Shown: in pieces, positions 1 through 8,924 of the stretch
Numbering within the stretch: position 1 is the first letter of the stretch
How the letters are laid out: every line of letters begins with the position of its first letter
IMG/VR virus record: IMGVR_UViG_3300030392_000429
Coordinates: 1 to 47,259 of that record
Reading direction: 5' to 3' (one strand)
DNA: 47,259 bases
Source: a virus
Translations under genes and position numbers: made by a program
Notes under the pieces: model-generated
The model's input: the letters and a program-made list of their open reading frames with translations, nothing else
Databases searched by the model: none
Told to the model about the DNA's origin: nothing

Positions 1-99
1 GAAATGAGCCGCATGGCATCACAGGCGTAAAGCATCGCGTTGACCGCAAACTAAACCCCGTAACCAGCAGCCTGACCGATTCGCAGGCGCGTGAATATG
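1..99. repeat. 99-nt terminal sequence, exact copy of 47161..47259 (circular-closure overlap or short direct terminal repeat)
   Basis: Base-by-base comparison: both ends read gaaatgagccgcatggcatc...gcgtgaatatg. An ORF stays in frame across the join. Confidence 0.95.
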
Positions 100-437
100 C
101 GGTTGAGTCAGCAACATGCAGCGACGGCCAGCCATGCGGGCAGGAGGATTATTGCGACGACTGCCCCAACGCCCCACATGCACAAGATGCGCGTCGGTTG
201 GATGAGCAGTTGGCGCGCGATATGAAGCAGCCGCGCTATCAGGATGCGAAAGGAGATGACTGGATAGACGAGTTTGCTCGAACGTCAACGGCTGAAGAGT
301 TTCATGGCGCTATGCGGTTTACCATCGGTAAATATAACCGACGCATGGGTAAAAAAGATGACATGCTGAAAGAAGTGCGTAAAATGAAAGACTATTGCGC
401 CCGCTGGGAACAATACATCCTAGCCAAGCACCGATAA
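3..437 (+). CDS. 3' part of junction-spanning gene, DUF3310-like domain protein (5' part is 46788..47259; bases 3-99 are the duplicated copy)
   Basis: The frame of the ORF starting at 46788 continues through 47259->100 into track ORF 198..437. C-terminal DDWIDEF...FTIGKYNRRMGKKDDMLKEVRKMKDYCARWEQY resembles the DUF3310 signature. Stop TAA 435-437. Confidence 0.8.
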   Translation, partial: NEPHGITGVKHRVDRKLNPVTSSLTDSQAREYAVESATCSDGQPCGQEDYCDDCPNAPHAQDARRLDEQLARDMKQPRYQDAKGDDWIDEFARTSTAEEFHGAMRFTIGKYNRRMGKKDDMLKEVRKMKDYCARWEQYILAKHR

Positions 438-602
438 CACGCCTGCCCCGTGGCGTAAATAGCGGGGCTTACCCAAAGCTGGCCTAGTGGGGGAGAAATA
501 ACGCCAGCAGCGATTGACGAAACGCCTCCTAGCCTCGCTATCCCTATGCGACAGGGACGCAGGCAAACCGCCACGGGCGGTAGTTTCGGGCAATCGCCGT
601 AC

Positions 603-626
603 GCCCCACGAGACGGGGCTTTTTTA
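603..626 (+). terminator. Intrinsic terminator-like hairpin plus T-run
   Basis: gcccc-acgagac-ggggc followed by tttttt. Lies upstream of the SD/ATG at 648 and inside the long form of track ORF 546..863. Confidence 0.55.
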
Positions 627-647
627 TACTCAAAAAAGGAGCGGATC

Positions 648-863
648 ATGCTATTAGCAATGAGCAAATACGAACAACAGATATTCGAACAGCAACGCCA
701 GCAGTGTCTAGCCGCAGGCTCGCGGTCTATCAAGCGGCAAATCAAGGACTACCCCGGGCGCGTCGTGTCTATTAAAACTGCCGAACAACGCATGCGGTAC
801 AAAGATATGTCGCTGCATGATGCGTGCGTGATCCCCGTTGGCACGTTTAAGCAGGGGTGGTGA
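648..863 (+). CDS. Hypothetical protein (71 aa)
   Basis: ATG 648 preceded by aaaaaggagcggatc (SD AAGGAG). In frame with track ORF 546..863. Stop TGA 861-863 sits 1 nt before the next start. Confidence 0.6.
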   Translation: MLLAMSKYEQQIFEQQRQQCLAAGSRSIKRQIKDYPGRVVSIKTAEQRMRYKDMSLHDACVIPVGTFKQGW

Positions 864-864
864 T

Positions 865-1227
865 ATGAGAAGTCTAGACGAAACAGACTTAGCGTTTATA
901 CGTGAAACGTATCCAGACCCCTCGTGGACACTGATTCAGATAGCTGAAAAGCTCGATAAGTCAGACAGCACAGTATTGCGCGCCGCGCGCCGCATGGGGC
1001 TTAGTCGACCCGATAAGTTCCAATGCCCTAACGTAGACTGGGAAACGATTTGGTATTCATATCTTTCATGCAGGTCTTACAAGAAAGTAGAGGAGCAGAC
1101 AGGCATTAGTCAGAAGGCTGCGATTAAGGCGGTAAGAAGAATGAAGGAAATGACCGAAGCAGAACGAATAATGCGGTGGAATCGATACCGCGTTAAGCAC
1201 GACATGCCCTTGTTTACCAAGTGCTAG
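865..1227 (+). CDS. Putative HTH DNA-binding protein (120 aa)
   Basis: ATG 865 after gcaggggtggtgat. WTLIQIAEKLDKSDSTVLRAARRMGL and EEQTGISQKAAIKAVRRM look like two helix-turn-helix units. Last gene of the + arm. Confidence 0.6.
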   Translation: MRSLDETDLAFIRETYPDPSWTLIQIAEKLDKSDSTVLRAARRMGLSRPDKFQCPNVDWETIWYSYLSCRSYKKVEEQTGISQKAAIKAVRRMKEMTEAERIMRWNRYRVKHDMPLFTKC

Positions 1228-1291
1228 TGGCCTACAATTTACTTGTCGTCAAACCTTCCTTGAAAGCACAGCTACTAACCGACGCAAAGCC

Positions 1292-1320
1292 AGCCCCGAC
1301 CACCAATCGGGGCTTTTTTA
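1292..1320. terminator. Convergence-point intrinsic terminator between the + and - arms
   Basis: agccccga-ccaccaa-tcggggct followed by ttttta. Sits between the stop of 865..1227 (+) and the stop of the holin (-). Confidence 0.75.
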
Positions 1321-1812
1321 TTACCGCCGCCGCGTCAACACGTTATCCAGTAGCCCGCCACCCGTGGCAATGCGCGTCACCTTTTCGGCACTACGGCCCA
1401 ATATGTAGCCCGACAGGCCATACTGCACGATGTCGAACAGCGCCGTGACCGTCTCTTGCGACAAGTTTTCAGGCGTAAAGCCGAACCAATAGCCGCCCAC
1501 CAGTCCCGCGAACCAAAGCATGACCAACGGACGCCAATTTCTCTGAAGCCACGATTCTCCATTAGCCTCAGCCGTCACCACGCTACCACGCTGCTGGATA
1601 ATCGCCTGTGTCAGTGATGCTTCGACTTCGCGCAGCTTAATAGCCGCTTGCGGGTCTGCCTGCATCGCTGCCTGAACCGCCTGGGGGTTATCGTCCACGC
1701 CCAATGCGCGAGCGATGAGAGTCCCAGCACCAGCACCAGCTGGGCCAGCAAGCACGCCGCCCAGAGCGGGCGCAGCTTTCGCCACCGTTTCTGCCACATC
1801 TCGCCAGTTCAT
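1321..1812 (-). CDS. Holin, GTA-type three-TM holin family-like
   Basis: 163 aa. Gly/Ala-rich N-terminus, then ESWLQRNWRPLVMLWFAGLVGGYWFGF and further hydrophobic segments. ATGA overlap (1809-1812) with the upstream endolysin gene. Confidence 0.65.
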   Translation of the reverse strand: MNWRDVAETVAKAAPALGGVLAGPAGAGAGTLIARALGVDDNPQAVQAAMQADPQAAIKLREVEASLTQAIIQQRGSVVTAEANGESWLQRNWRPLVMLWFAGLVGGYWFGFTPENLSQETVTALFDIVQYGLSGYILGRSAEKVTRIATGGGLLDNVLTRRR

Positions 1813-2459
1813 CCTAACACCTCGATGCAGCGCTCATAGCGCCGCTGTCTGTCATCTAATCCATTCGTGCCGCCGTTAATGCGCCTCGTAGCCGTCACAA
1901 TGTCAGCACCAACAGGAATATTGGTAACGTAAAACCAGCACGCAGCCAGCGCGCCTACGCCCGGCTCTAGTAGCGAATCGGGATGCAGCACTGGCTCACG
2001 GCTGTTAATCGCATCGGCAAAGCGTGTGTAATTGTAGCGCCCGGTTAGCTGGATAGGGCCACGGCCACGGAATAGCCAGCCATCGCCGTCTTTATCGTTA
2101 CCCATGCGCCCGCCGTACACGTTATTGGCGAGCGCCTCGGGATTATGCGCGTACTGCGATGCGATGCGGTCGTTGGGGAAACGTGACGGCCAAACCTGCA
2201 TCAATCGGCGGGCACTGTACGAAAGGTTCTCTTCTAGCGTATTGAGGTCTTGACTTTCATGCCCCGCCTGGGCAAGCAACATCGCCCGGTCGTCGCGCCG
2301 AACGTCGAAAAACTCTATTGCGTCATCGAATGCTACCGCCCATTGAACAGGGTCGGGGCATCCAGGCATGCACGCGGCTAGTTGCTCTGGGGTGATATGC
2401 CGATAGGTTTCGGTCTCATCTAGCCACATACGCAGCCCCCGCACCTGGGTCGCTGTCAC
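1809..2459 (-). CDS. Endolysin, glycoside hydrolase family 19 (chitinase-like)
   Basis: Motifs AGHESQDLNTLEENLSYS and YGGRMGNDKDGDGWLFRGRGPIQLTGRYNY are typical of GH19 phage lysins. GTG start at 2459; an alternative ATG is at 2429. Confidence 0.85.
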   Translation of the reverse strand: MTATQVRGLRMWLDETETYRHITPEQLAACMPGCPDPVQWAVAFDDAIEFFDVRRDDRAMLLAQAGHESQDLNTLEENLSYSARRLMQVWPSRFPNDRIASQYAHNPEALANNVYGGRMGNDKDGDGWLFRGRGPIQLTGRYNYTRFADAINSREPVLHPDSLLEPGVGALAACWFYVTNIPVGADIVTATRRINGGTNGLDDRQRRYERCIEVLG

Positions 2460-2560
2460 TATGCCCTGCGCTGATAAAAAGCGTTTTTGTTTGCATGAGT
2501 TTTTCGCTCATTATTTGGGTTCCTGTAGAGCGCCCGTAGGCGCTCAGTTAGGGTATTGAC

Positions 2561-2569
2561 AGTTTAGCA
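2561..2569 (-). promoter_or_regulatory. Extended -10-like element TGCTAAACT
   Basis: Reverse complement of agtttagca. Intergenic, between the tailspike stop and the endolysin start. Member of the TGCTAnAnT series. Confidence 0.4.
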
Positions 2570-2610
2570 CAATGCGGGGCGTCCTTGCTCCGCTGTTATT
2601 CCTTGTTATA

Positions 2611-5313
2611 TCAATACAGCACCCACATATCCGGCCTAACTAGCTCTACTGTCGCACTACCCAGGGGTGGCACTGCGAGAGACCCAAAGCGACTTGAATC
2701 TACGGTAGCCCCAGCGCCAGCAACAATATTGAGTGCGTGGGTCGTGTTATTATTTACTAATGTCACTCTTGATCCTACGTTAATTGAGGTTACAGATAGA
2801 CCTGCATCCGCAGCGGGCAGTGTTAGTGATCTTGGGGCTGTAGCAGACGCATCAAATGCGAAAACACCTTCTCTAGCTACGGGATTGCTAAGTGTAAAAT
2901 CGCCAGCAGAGTAGGCTTTTATAAAGTCCCTGTTTACGACACCTGCGCTGACGTTTGACCCTATGCAGTCCTTTACTATGTTGCCTGTTCCCCTCAGCCC
3001 GAACACGCTAGTGTCAAATAGCGTACTGAATGTTACGCCCATATTAGACACTGCTGGTGCGGGGACTGTAGCCAGACGACGCACATTAGTGACTGTATTA
3101 AGAGTAGAATCATTGAGCAAATTGATTGCTGGATTAGTGTTGTTTGGCGAACGAGACCTAGCAGACCAGTTATCAATAACCAACCCGTGCACAAATGACT
3201 CTATTCTTAAAGGCTCAGCAAAGTCGAGAATAGTAAAATCGGTCAGCGTGATTCCCGAACTTACCAAAGTCTCTATAGGTTGGTTATGGATAGTCCCTAC
3301 CCTGCGCCCCACGTCAAGAGTGATGTTAGACATACTGATGTTACGCCGAGGCTCTACTTGCTCCGACTCAGCGCCAGGAAGCAAAACGTGTGTTCCGATA
3401 AAGAACCCATCATTACCGCACTTTATACGACCATCTGATACGGAGATATCGACAGCCCACTCTGAGAATCTAATACCATCTTCTACTGCTTTAGTCTCAA
3501 TAAAAAAATCACTTAATATCCCATTCCTAGAACGTAGAAATATACCCGCACCCTTACAACCCGTAATATGAATATTAGATGCCTTCCAGCCGTACACACC
3601 GGCATGCGTAGTAAAACCCTGTTCAAAGCTATTAACAGAAACTAACTTTGTAATGCTGGGGAATAAAGTAGGAACCCCATTTATAACGTAAGTAAGATCA
3701 ATGCCCTGCATACCATTAACATCAGTGGCGCTCCATTCAGTATGCCAGTCTGAGCGGGACTTAAAGCTGTTGTATTGCGAAGTCTCCTCAACTAAATAGT
3801 TCGCTTCTGGATGCTCAGCATGTAACTCAGTGAATACTCCCCTATAGTTGTATCTACTCAAGAAGCAAACTCCAGGCTCACCCGCATGTTTTACTTTTGC
3901 TTTGTGAATGAAAGGCTCATCGCATAGCTCTGTATAAAACATTCCGTTAGCACCAACAAGGAACTCTCCGCCGATCACTTTAGCCCCAGGGAGTAAGTCC
4001 ATTTTTTGGATAGTTGTAGTTGGACGGGTAGCAGCAGGGCTCGTTTCTAGTGTGTCGTCTGTGCGGTAGTCAGGAAACGTTAACGGATTGCGAATAACAA
4101 CCTGAGTAGTTGATACCACCTGATCAACAATACATGGCTCTCCAAAGTAAAGAGCATGGGCATCGACTGAACCTGTCGCCCTACCGAGTCGCCAATCACC
4201 TGCGTCTGAGTACAGAGAATTACGTTGCCCCTTGATTAAGAATTTATCACCGACGCTTAGGCCGTGTGCGGTTGTTGTCGTTACTGTGGTGTCGCCCGTT
4301 GTTAGATTTGCAGAGATGGGAATTTCTGATCCCGACCATGCTCCTTTAAACTCCCATAAGCCGTCCACTTCTGAGGAATTAGAGGGCATAGCGGAGCTTT
4401 GAAAGTCGAATGTCGCGCCCTCCTGGAAAAGAAACAGTGTGTTCTTCCGTCCAAAGATGGGGCCATCAACACGATAGCAGCCAGTGCCTTTATTCAACAC
4501 TGTCACTGATTTTAAAGGGCCGTCACTTTCTAGGTAATCATATACGGCTTGTACAATCAAGGTGTTATCAGTACCTCCTCCTTGATAATCTCCATCAGCC
4601 CTGGCGCCAAACTGGAGTAGATTACGCCCACTTTTAAATAATCCTTTTGCCTGCAATCGACTGCCGGGTAAATCAATAAACGACCCGCCATCATTCGCGC
4701 CAGTACCAGTCGCCACGATCTCATAATCATTGCCGCCGCCGTCACCGGGGGCGTAATAGCCCAGCGTGTAACAAAACGCGCCAAGCTGTATTTTAGTACT
4801 GGTCTCAAGATAATCCTCTGGATCAAACGTTCCGATTGTGGGTGCGCGTAATGCCGTGAAACGTATACCCCTACGATCCAGCGCCTCCGCAATCGTCTGA
4901 CTACCCGTCGAGCTAGACACAGCCGCCGTGCCGTCCGCCAACTCCTGCCGCAACGCCGCATCACCCACCGCCAAAAACGCGCCACCCTCGGGCAACCCTG
5001 CGCCAGTGGTCGTATAAGGCAAGCCAGTCGAGCCGGATAACCGCCAAAATTCGCCGCTGGCGTCGCGCACCACCTGATTGTACTCAGTAATAGTGATACC
5101 TGCGGCGTAGTCGCCTACAAACTGATAGCCGCTGTTTGCTAAAAAATCAGCAAAGCGTGATTCAATCCCCGCCCAACTCAGTCGCGCATTACCCAGTCGA
5201 TCAGGATAGCTATTTTCCGTGCCGTTAATCAGCCGGTCAGCGTTCTCCGCATTATCATACAAATCACGCGGGTCAGCACTGCCGAGGGGGTTCTGGGTGT
5301 TATAGGTCGTCAT
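2611..5313 (-). CDS. Tailspike / receptor-binding depolymerase with pectate-lyase-type beta-helix
   Basis: 900 aa. N-terminal NPLGSADPRDLYDNAENADRLING anchor motif, then YYAPGDGGGNDYEIV, then LLQFGARADG..GGGTDNT (typical start of pectate-lyase-fold tailspikes). Last structural gene. Confidence 0.85.
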   Translation of the reverse strand: MTTYNTQNPLGSADPRDLYDNAENADRLINGTENSYPDRLGNARLSWAGIESRFADFLANSGYQFVGDYAAGITITEYNQVVRDASGEFWRLSGSTGLPYTTTGAGLPEGGAFLAVGDAALRQELADGTAAVSSSTGSQTIAEALDRRGIRFTALRAPTIGTFDPEDYLETSTKIQLGAFCYTLGYYAPGDGGGNDYEIVATGTGANDGGSFIDLPGSRLQAKGLFKSGRNLLQFGARADGDYQGGGTDNTLIVQAVYDYLESDGPLKSVTVLNKGTGCYRVDGPIFGRKNTLFLFQEGATFDFQSSAMPSNSSEVDGLWEFKGAWSGSEIPISANLTTGDTTVTTTTAHGLSVGDKFLIKGQRNSLYSDAGDWRLGRATGSVDAHALYFGEPCIVDQVVSTTQVVIRNPLTFPDYRTDDTLETSPAATRPTTTIQKMDLLPGAKVIGGEFLVGANGMFYTELCDEPFIHKAKVKHAGEPGVCFLSRYNYRGVFTELHAEHPEANYLVEETSQYNSFKSRSDWHTEWSATDVNGMQGIDLTYVINGVPTLFPSITKLVSVNSFEQGFTTHAGVYGWKASNIHITGCKGAGIFLRSRNGILSDFFIETKAVEDGIRFSEWAVDISVSDGRIKCGNDGFFIGTHVLLPGAESEQVEPRRNISMSNITLDVGRRVGTIHNQPIETLVSSGITLTDFTILDFAEPLRIESFVHGLVIDNWSARSRSPNNTNPAINLLNDSTLNTVTNVRRLATVPAPAVSNMGVTFSTLFDTSVFGLRGTGNIVKDCIGSNVSAGVVNRDFIKAYSAGDFTLSNPVAREGVFAFDASATAPRSLTLPAADAGLSVTSINVGSRVTLVNNNTTHALNIVAGAGATVDSSRFGSLAVPPLGSATVELVRPDMWVLY

Positions 5314-5340
5314 ATCATCACCATAGGAAATGTTAATAGC

Positions 5341-5349
5341 ATTTTAGCA
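5341..5349 (-). promoter_or_regulatory. Extended -10-like element TGCTAAAAT upstream of tailspike
   Basis: Reverse complement of attttagca. Lies in the 52-nt gap between the stop at 5366 and the tailspike ATG at 5313. Confidence 0.45.
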
Positions 5350-5365
5350 CACTAATAGCGTTATG

Positions 5366-5815
5366 CTATGGTGTGGGCCACTCGCGGTTTAGGGCGTAGT
5401 CGATGATGCTGCTGCCAGCCACGAATTGCGGGAAATCCAGCCACTCTGGCGGCAGCGTCTGGCGCTCAAATATTTCCACCTCCGCTGTGTACCGAAGCAG
5501 CGTTGGGCTAATCATCGTTGGCCCGGAATAAATATCCGTAAAGCTCACTCGCTCCATATGGCATCCGCGCGCCGTCTTGACAGGCATATCATGCCATGCT
5601 GCGCCGTCCTCGATGCCATAGCGGAACCATAATTCTAATAACTGCGCCTGCCCGTTAGTCAGCACCCATTCTAGTTGCACAGTCTGAGGTACTGACGTAA
5701 AACGCCGCCGCTGTCTAGCCCTACCGCTGGCGAGCTGGCTGCGCAATAGTGGCGAAACGGTCTGAACGCTATGCCCCTGCTGTAGCGCCGCTGGTAACTC
5801 ACTGGGATAATTCAT
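5366..5815 (-). CDS. Hypothetical protein, probably tail-tip associated (149 aa)
   Basis: ATGA overlap (5812-5815) with the J-like gene. Sits between the central tail fibre gene and the tailspike. No motif recognised. Confidence 0.55.
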   Translation of the reverse strand: MNYPSELPAALQQGHSVQTVSPLLRSQLASGRARQRRRFTSVPQTVQLEWVLTNGQAQLLELWFRYGIEDGAAWHDMPVKTARGCHMERVSFTDIYSGPTMISPTLLRYTAEVEIFERQTLPPEWLDFPQFVAGSSIIDYALNREWPTP

Positions 5816-8544
5816 GCGGGCGGCTCCGAGTTATCGTAATCATAAACACGCGAATCATAATTGACCGCTTGAACACTGACGGCGCTAAACCCCTGCGGCT
5901 CAATACTGGCAATCAACGCCGGATAGCTAAATGTCTGCGATACACCGAACATATAATGCGGCAGCTCTTGGGAATAATCGACCGTGGGCGCATCGCCATT
6001 ATACACCACTGTATAGCTGTCAGTGCCGCGTGTTGCTGTGTACGGGCCTTTTAGTAGACCTTGCGGGTCACGCCATGCGATAAGGTGCGTTTCTCCAGCT
6101 CGCCAGTCTAGCGGCTCGCTGGTTCGGATGGTTGCTTGCCCGCCGCCGCTAGACGCCTGCATCACTAGGCCGCTTGACGTATATCCCGGCACATCATCCG
6201 CCAGCGCGCAATATGACCAGTAATTTGAGTTCAGCGCGTCCAGTTCCGTGCTAAACGAATACGTTTTGCGGCGATAGCGCAACCGCAAACGCTCGCGCAT
6301 ACCTAGACGCCATGCGCGTGTCCGGCTGGTAACACCTTCGATGCGGATTTTCTCAGGACGATTGCCAGCATCGCCCGGCAATCGGCATTCCACTGTTTCG
6401 TTTGTCCACGTTTCGCTGCTAAAAAACTCTACGTCGATGCCATCAATTTCATCTGGCCGGATAGACTCAATGCTGCGCGTCAACGGATCCATCATGTTCT
6501 GCGTGGTGTACATCTGCTCAAAGGTGCTACGAGCCTCATCACGCACGGGCGTTAGCAGCCCTTGGCTAATCGTTAGCTCGGCAGCGCCCGCCCTAAGTGT
6601 GCGCTGCATCACTTCGTAAACCGTACTGCTGCCGTCATGCACAAAGTCGAACGTGTCGCCGCGTGCTTCCCATATCGCCGCCAAGCGCTCTAACTCGTCT
6701 TGGTCTAAATCGTCATCGGTGTGGCCAATATTGCGCGCCACATAGCGGAACCAATCGGCAATGCTGCGGCTAGGTTCTTCTGTCTCGGTGCCAAGTGTAG
6801 GTATTATTCGCGTGACCACGGCGCTGACTTTGTTTTCAGACTGCCCCGCAATCGTGTCGCTGCCCTCGACTGTCAGAGCCACGGTGGTGACGCCTGGGTA
6901 AGTTGATTTAGCAGACAGTTGAGACTTTAGGCCGAACCATTCGAGGCGGTCTAGGTCTTGAACGCTCGTGCCCTCAATGCTGGTGCGGCGCAAGCGAACC
7001 TCTGGCGTGATTGTTGCGCCGAAATTGGTAAAAAACGTCCACCCTAGCTGATCACGAGTCCCGCCCTGAATGTTGCGCCTGTCAGTATTCCAAGCGGTAT
7101 CACCCACGGCGCGCCATTGCAATTCAACATCTCGGCTCCGATTTTCGATTGCGCCATCATCTTTAACGCGTCCTAAGCCTTGCGGGGCGAATACGTCCCA
7201 CTCCACGCCGGATACTGACTCACCTGCCGGGCAACCCAAGAACGGCCCTGCCCATTCGCCATTGACTTCTTCATCAGACACGCGAATAAACGGACTGTTG
7301 CTGCGCTGCGACGGAAAGCCTAGCCAGCCTGCATCCTCCGTGCCATTGGGCAGCAGTTTGGTGACAGTGAAGCCGATATTAATCGCAGGCGTTCCGCCGT
7401 CATCAATAAACGCATCAATCCGGTAGCGCGCTCCTACGCGGTCAATCGTGTTGATATACGTCCCGCTTGTGGGTGACGTGACTGCCGTCAGGTCGGGATA
7501 ATCGAGCGTAATTTCAGTCGCGCTAACGCTGGCGATTGTATAAGTACCATCCAGCGCGCCGCCGTAAATAACCACTTCGTCACCGATGGCTAGCCCTAAA
7601 TCGCCAAACGCGCCACTGAAAACCGCATGGTCGTCGGTCATCGGGTCGGGCGGAGGATTAGCGACAATCTGCCGAGGAATACGGACATTTAGCTCTAGCC
7701 CTACCGTCCAGTCTGTCGGCACTGTATCGCCGCTGACGCGTGTCACGTTGACGCCGTTCACATCTACGCTCGATACGTCCCAAACGATAGTCACGTCAGA
7801 AGGAGATTTGAGCCGCAAGCCTGCCCCGCTACCCACGCTTGCGCCCACCTCGGGGGCGTTATACCAGCAGCGATGCGCCGGGTGGCTGGTAACGTCATCG
7901 CCCGGATCGAAGATTGACAAGTTGACCTGCTGCCCTAGCGCGCTTAATGGCGTAGCGCCTATGCGTATTTGAGATTGCGGAATAAGGTAGCTGCCTTTGC
8001 CGATGCAGGTAAACACGTCTACCGCAAGGTTGCGCTGGTCAATAAAGTAGCGGCGCGGCTGGTTCAGGTAATCAGGAAAAACCTTGTGCTGACCTGCAAT
8101 CTCTGGAATCACACCACCGAGCTTGGGTCGGTTGGCCTGGACATTGGGATCATAAATTGAGCTGCCCTGATTCTGCCCGCGCGCTTGATTAACGCCTGGA
8201 ACGCTTGGCAGCAGGAAGCCAAAAATATCACCAATTAGTCCAACGGCTGCATTAACAACACTTCCAACCGCGCTAACAACACTGCTAATCGCGCTCCCGA
8301 TAGCATCGACTGCACCGGATTGGGGGGCGATGTAAATATCAATGTCCGCGCCTGTTAGCGATAAATTAGACCACTCGCTAGGCGGCACAGTGCGCCCATC
8401 CTGCTTGACCACGATTGGATGGCTGTCAGCACTCAGGTCAAAATCCGGCACATTGTCAGCGAGCCAATCGGCTAGCGTTCCGCCGTCAACGCGATGCGTC
8501 TCTATCGGCTCGCCGGGCAGCATCGACGGGTACACTCGAATCAT
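5812..8544 (-). CDS. Host-specificity / central tail tip protein (lambda J-like, GTA g15-like position)
   Basis: 910 aa from ATG 8544 (ATGA overlap with the NlpC/P60 gene). Called from size and from the order TMP - DUF1833 - NlpC/P60 - large protein. The track ORF extends to 8598. Confidence 0.75.
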   Translation of the reverse strand: MIRVYPSMLPGEPIETHRVDGGTLADWLADNVPDFDLSADSHPIVVKQDGRTVPPSEWSNLSLTGADIDIYIAPQSGAVDAIGSAISSVVSAVGSVVNAAVGLIGDIFGFLLPSVPGVNQARGQNQGSSIYDPNVQANRPKLGGVIPEIAGQHKVFPDYLNQPRRYFIDQRNLAVDVFTCIGKGSYLIPQSQIRIGATPLSALGQQVNLSIFDPGDDVTSHPAHRCWYNAPEVGASVGSGAGLRLKSPSDVTIVWDVSSVDVNGVNVTRVSGDTVPTDWTVGLELNVRIPRQIVANPPPDPMTDDHAVFSGAFGDLGLAIGDEVVIYGGALDGTYTIASVSATEITLDYPDLTAVTSPTSGTYINTIDRVGARYRIDAFIDDGGTPAINIGFTVTKLLPNGTEDAGWLGFPSQRSNSPFIRVSDEEVNGEWAGPFLGCPAGESVSGVEWDVFAPQGLGRVKDDGAIENRSRDVELQWRAVGDTAWNTDRRNIQGGTRDQLGWTFFTNFGATITPEVRLRRTSIEGTSVQDLDRLEWFGLKSQLSAKSTYPGVTTVALTVEGSDTIAGQSENKVSAVVTRIIPTLGTETEEPSRSIADWFRYVARNIGHTDDDLDQDELERLAAIWEARGDTFDFVHDGSSTVYEVMQRTLRAGAAELTISQGLLTPVRDEARSTFEQMYTTQNMMDPLTRSIESIRPDEIDGIDVEFFSSETWTNETVECRLPGDAGNRPEKIRIEGVTSRTRAWRLGMRERLRLRYRRKTYSFSTELDALNSNYWSYCALADDVPGYTSSGLVMQASSGGGQATIRTSEPLDWRAGETHLIAWRDPQGLLKGPYTATRGTDSYTVVYNGDAPTVDYSQELPHYMFGVSQTFSYPALIASIEPQGFSAVSVQAVNYDSRVYDYDNSEPPA

Positions 8545-8924
8545 GCGTAATACTCCACGCGGGTGAATAGGCGCTCGAATTTTCTTAGCGGCATCCATCG
8601 GACGCCGCGTTTATAGTCGCATTCTACCACGCCTAAGCGGCCATCGACGCGCCACACGACGCCGCAATGCCAGGCAATAGCGCCAATATAGCACAACGCA
8701 AATGCCCCATGCTGCGGTTCGCATGGCGCTAGATGCTCGCCAACCTCCAATAGCGCAGCGCCAGCGGCCTGTTTATCGCGTGGGTCTACATGCTCACGAC
8801 TCGGCAGCAATGGCGCGCCAAACTGCTCATGGCGAACGATGCGCGCAAATCCGAAACAGTCCACATCGTTAGGCCCGCGCCCGCTGTCTTTGTAGGTAAA
8901 CCGCTGCTGCCATTGCTCAATCAT
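8541..8924 (-). CDS. NlpC/P60-family tail peptidase (lambda K-like)
   Basis: 127 aa. Catalytic-Cys context NDVDCFGFARIV and downstream AWHCGVVW His. ATGA overlaps on both sides. Confidence 0.7.
   Translation of the reverse strand: MIEQWQQRFTYKDSGRGPNDVDCFGFARIVRHEQFGAPLLPSREHVDPRDKQAAGAALLEVGEHLAPCEPQHGAFALCYIGAIAWHCGVVWRVDGRLGVVECDYKRGVRWMPLRKFERLFTRVEYYA

Noticed and set aside
445-468. Hairpin gccccg-12 nt-cggggc after the DUF3310-like gene as a terminator
   Set aside because: It is followed by ttaccc rather than a U tract. The better terminator candidate is at 603-626.
546-647. Long N-terminal form of ORF 546..863
   Set aside because: It would read through a hairpin plus T6 terminator (603-626). 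A good AAGGAG SD precedes the internal ATG at 648.
1377-1562. ORFs embedded in the holin gene (1377..1562 and 1611..1799) as possible spanin or antiholin
   Set aside because: They have no lipobox, no signal anchor and no SD. Their Arg/Trp/Cys-rich translations are typical of an out-of-frame GC-rich sequence.
2963-3571. 202-aa + strand ORF, with similar antisense or alternate-frame ORFs at 2585..2914, 4557..4985, 10985..11611, 7586..7972, 33927..34379 and 37513..38085
   Set aside because: All lie wholly inside long, motif-supported genes on the other strand or in another frame. They are Ser/Arg/Pro-rich shadow translations with no SD.
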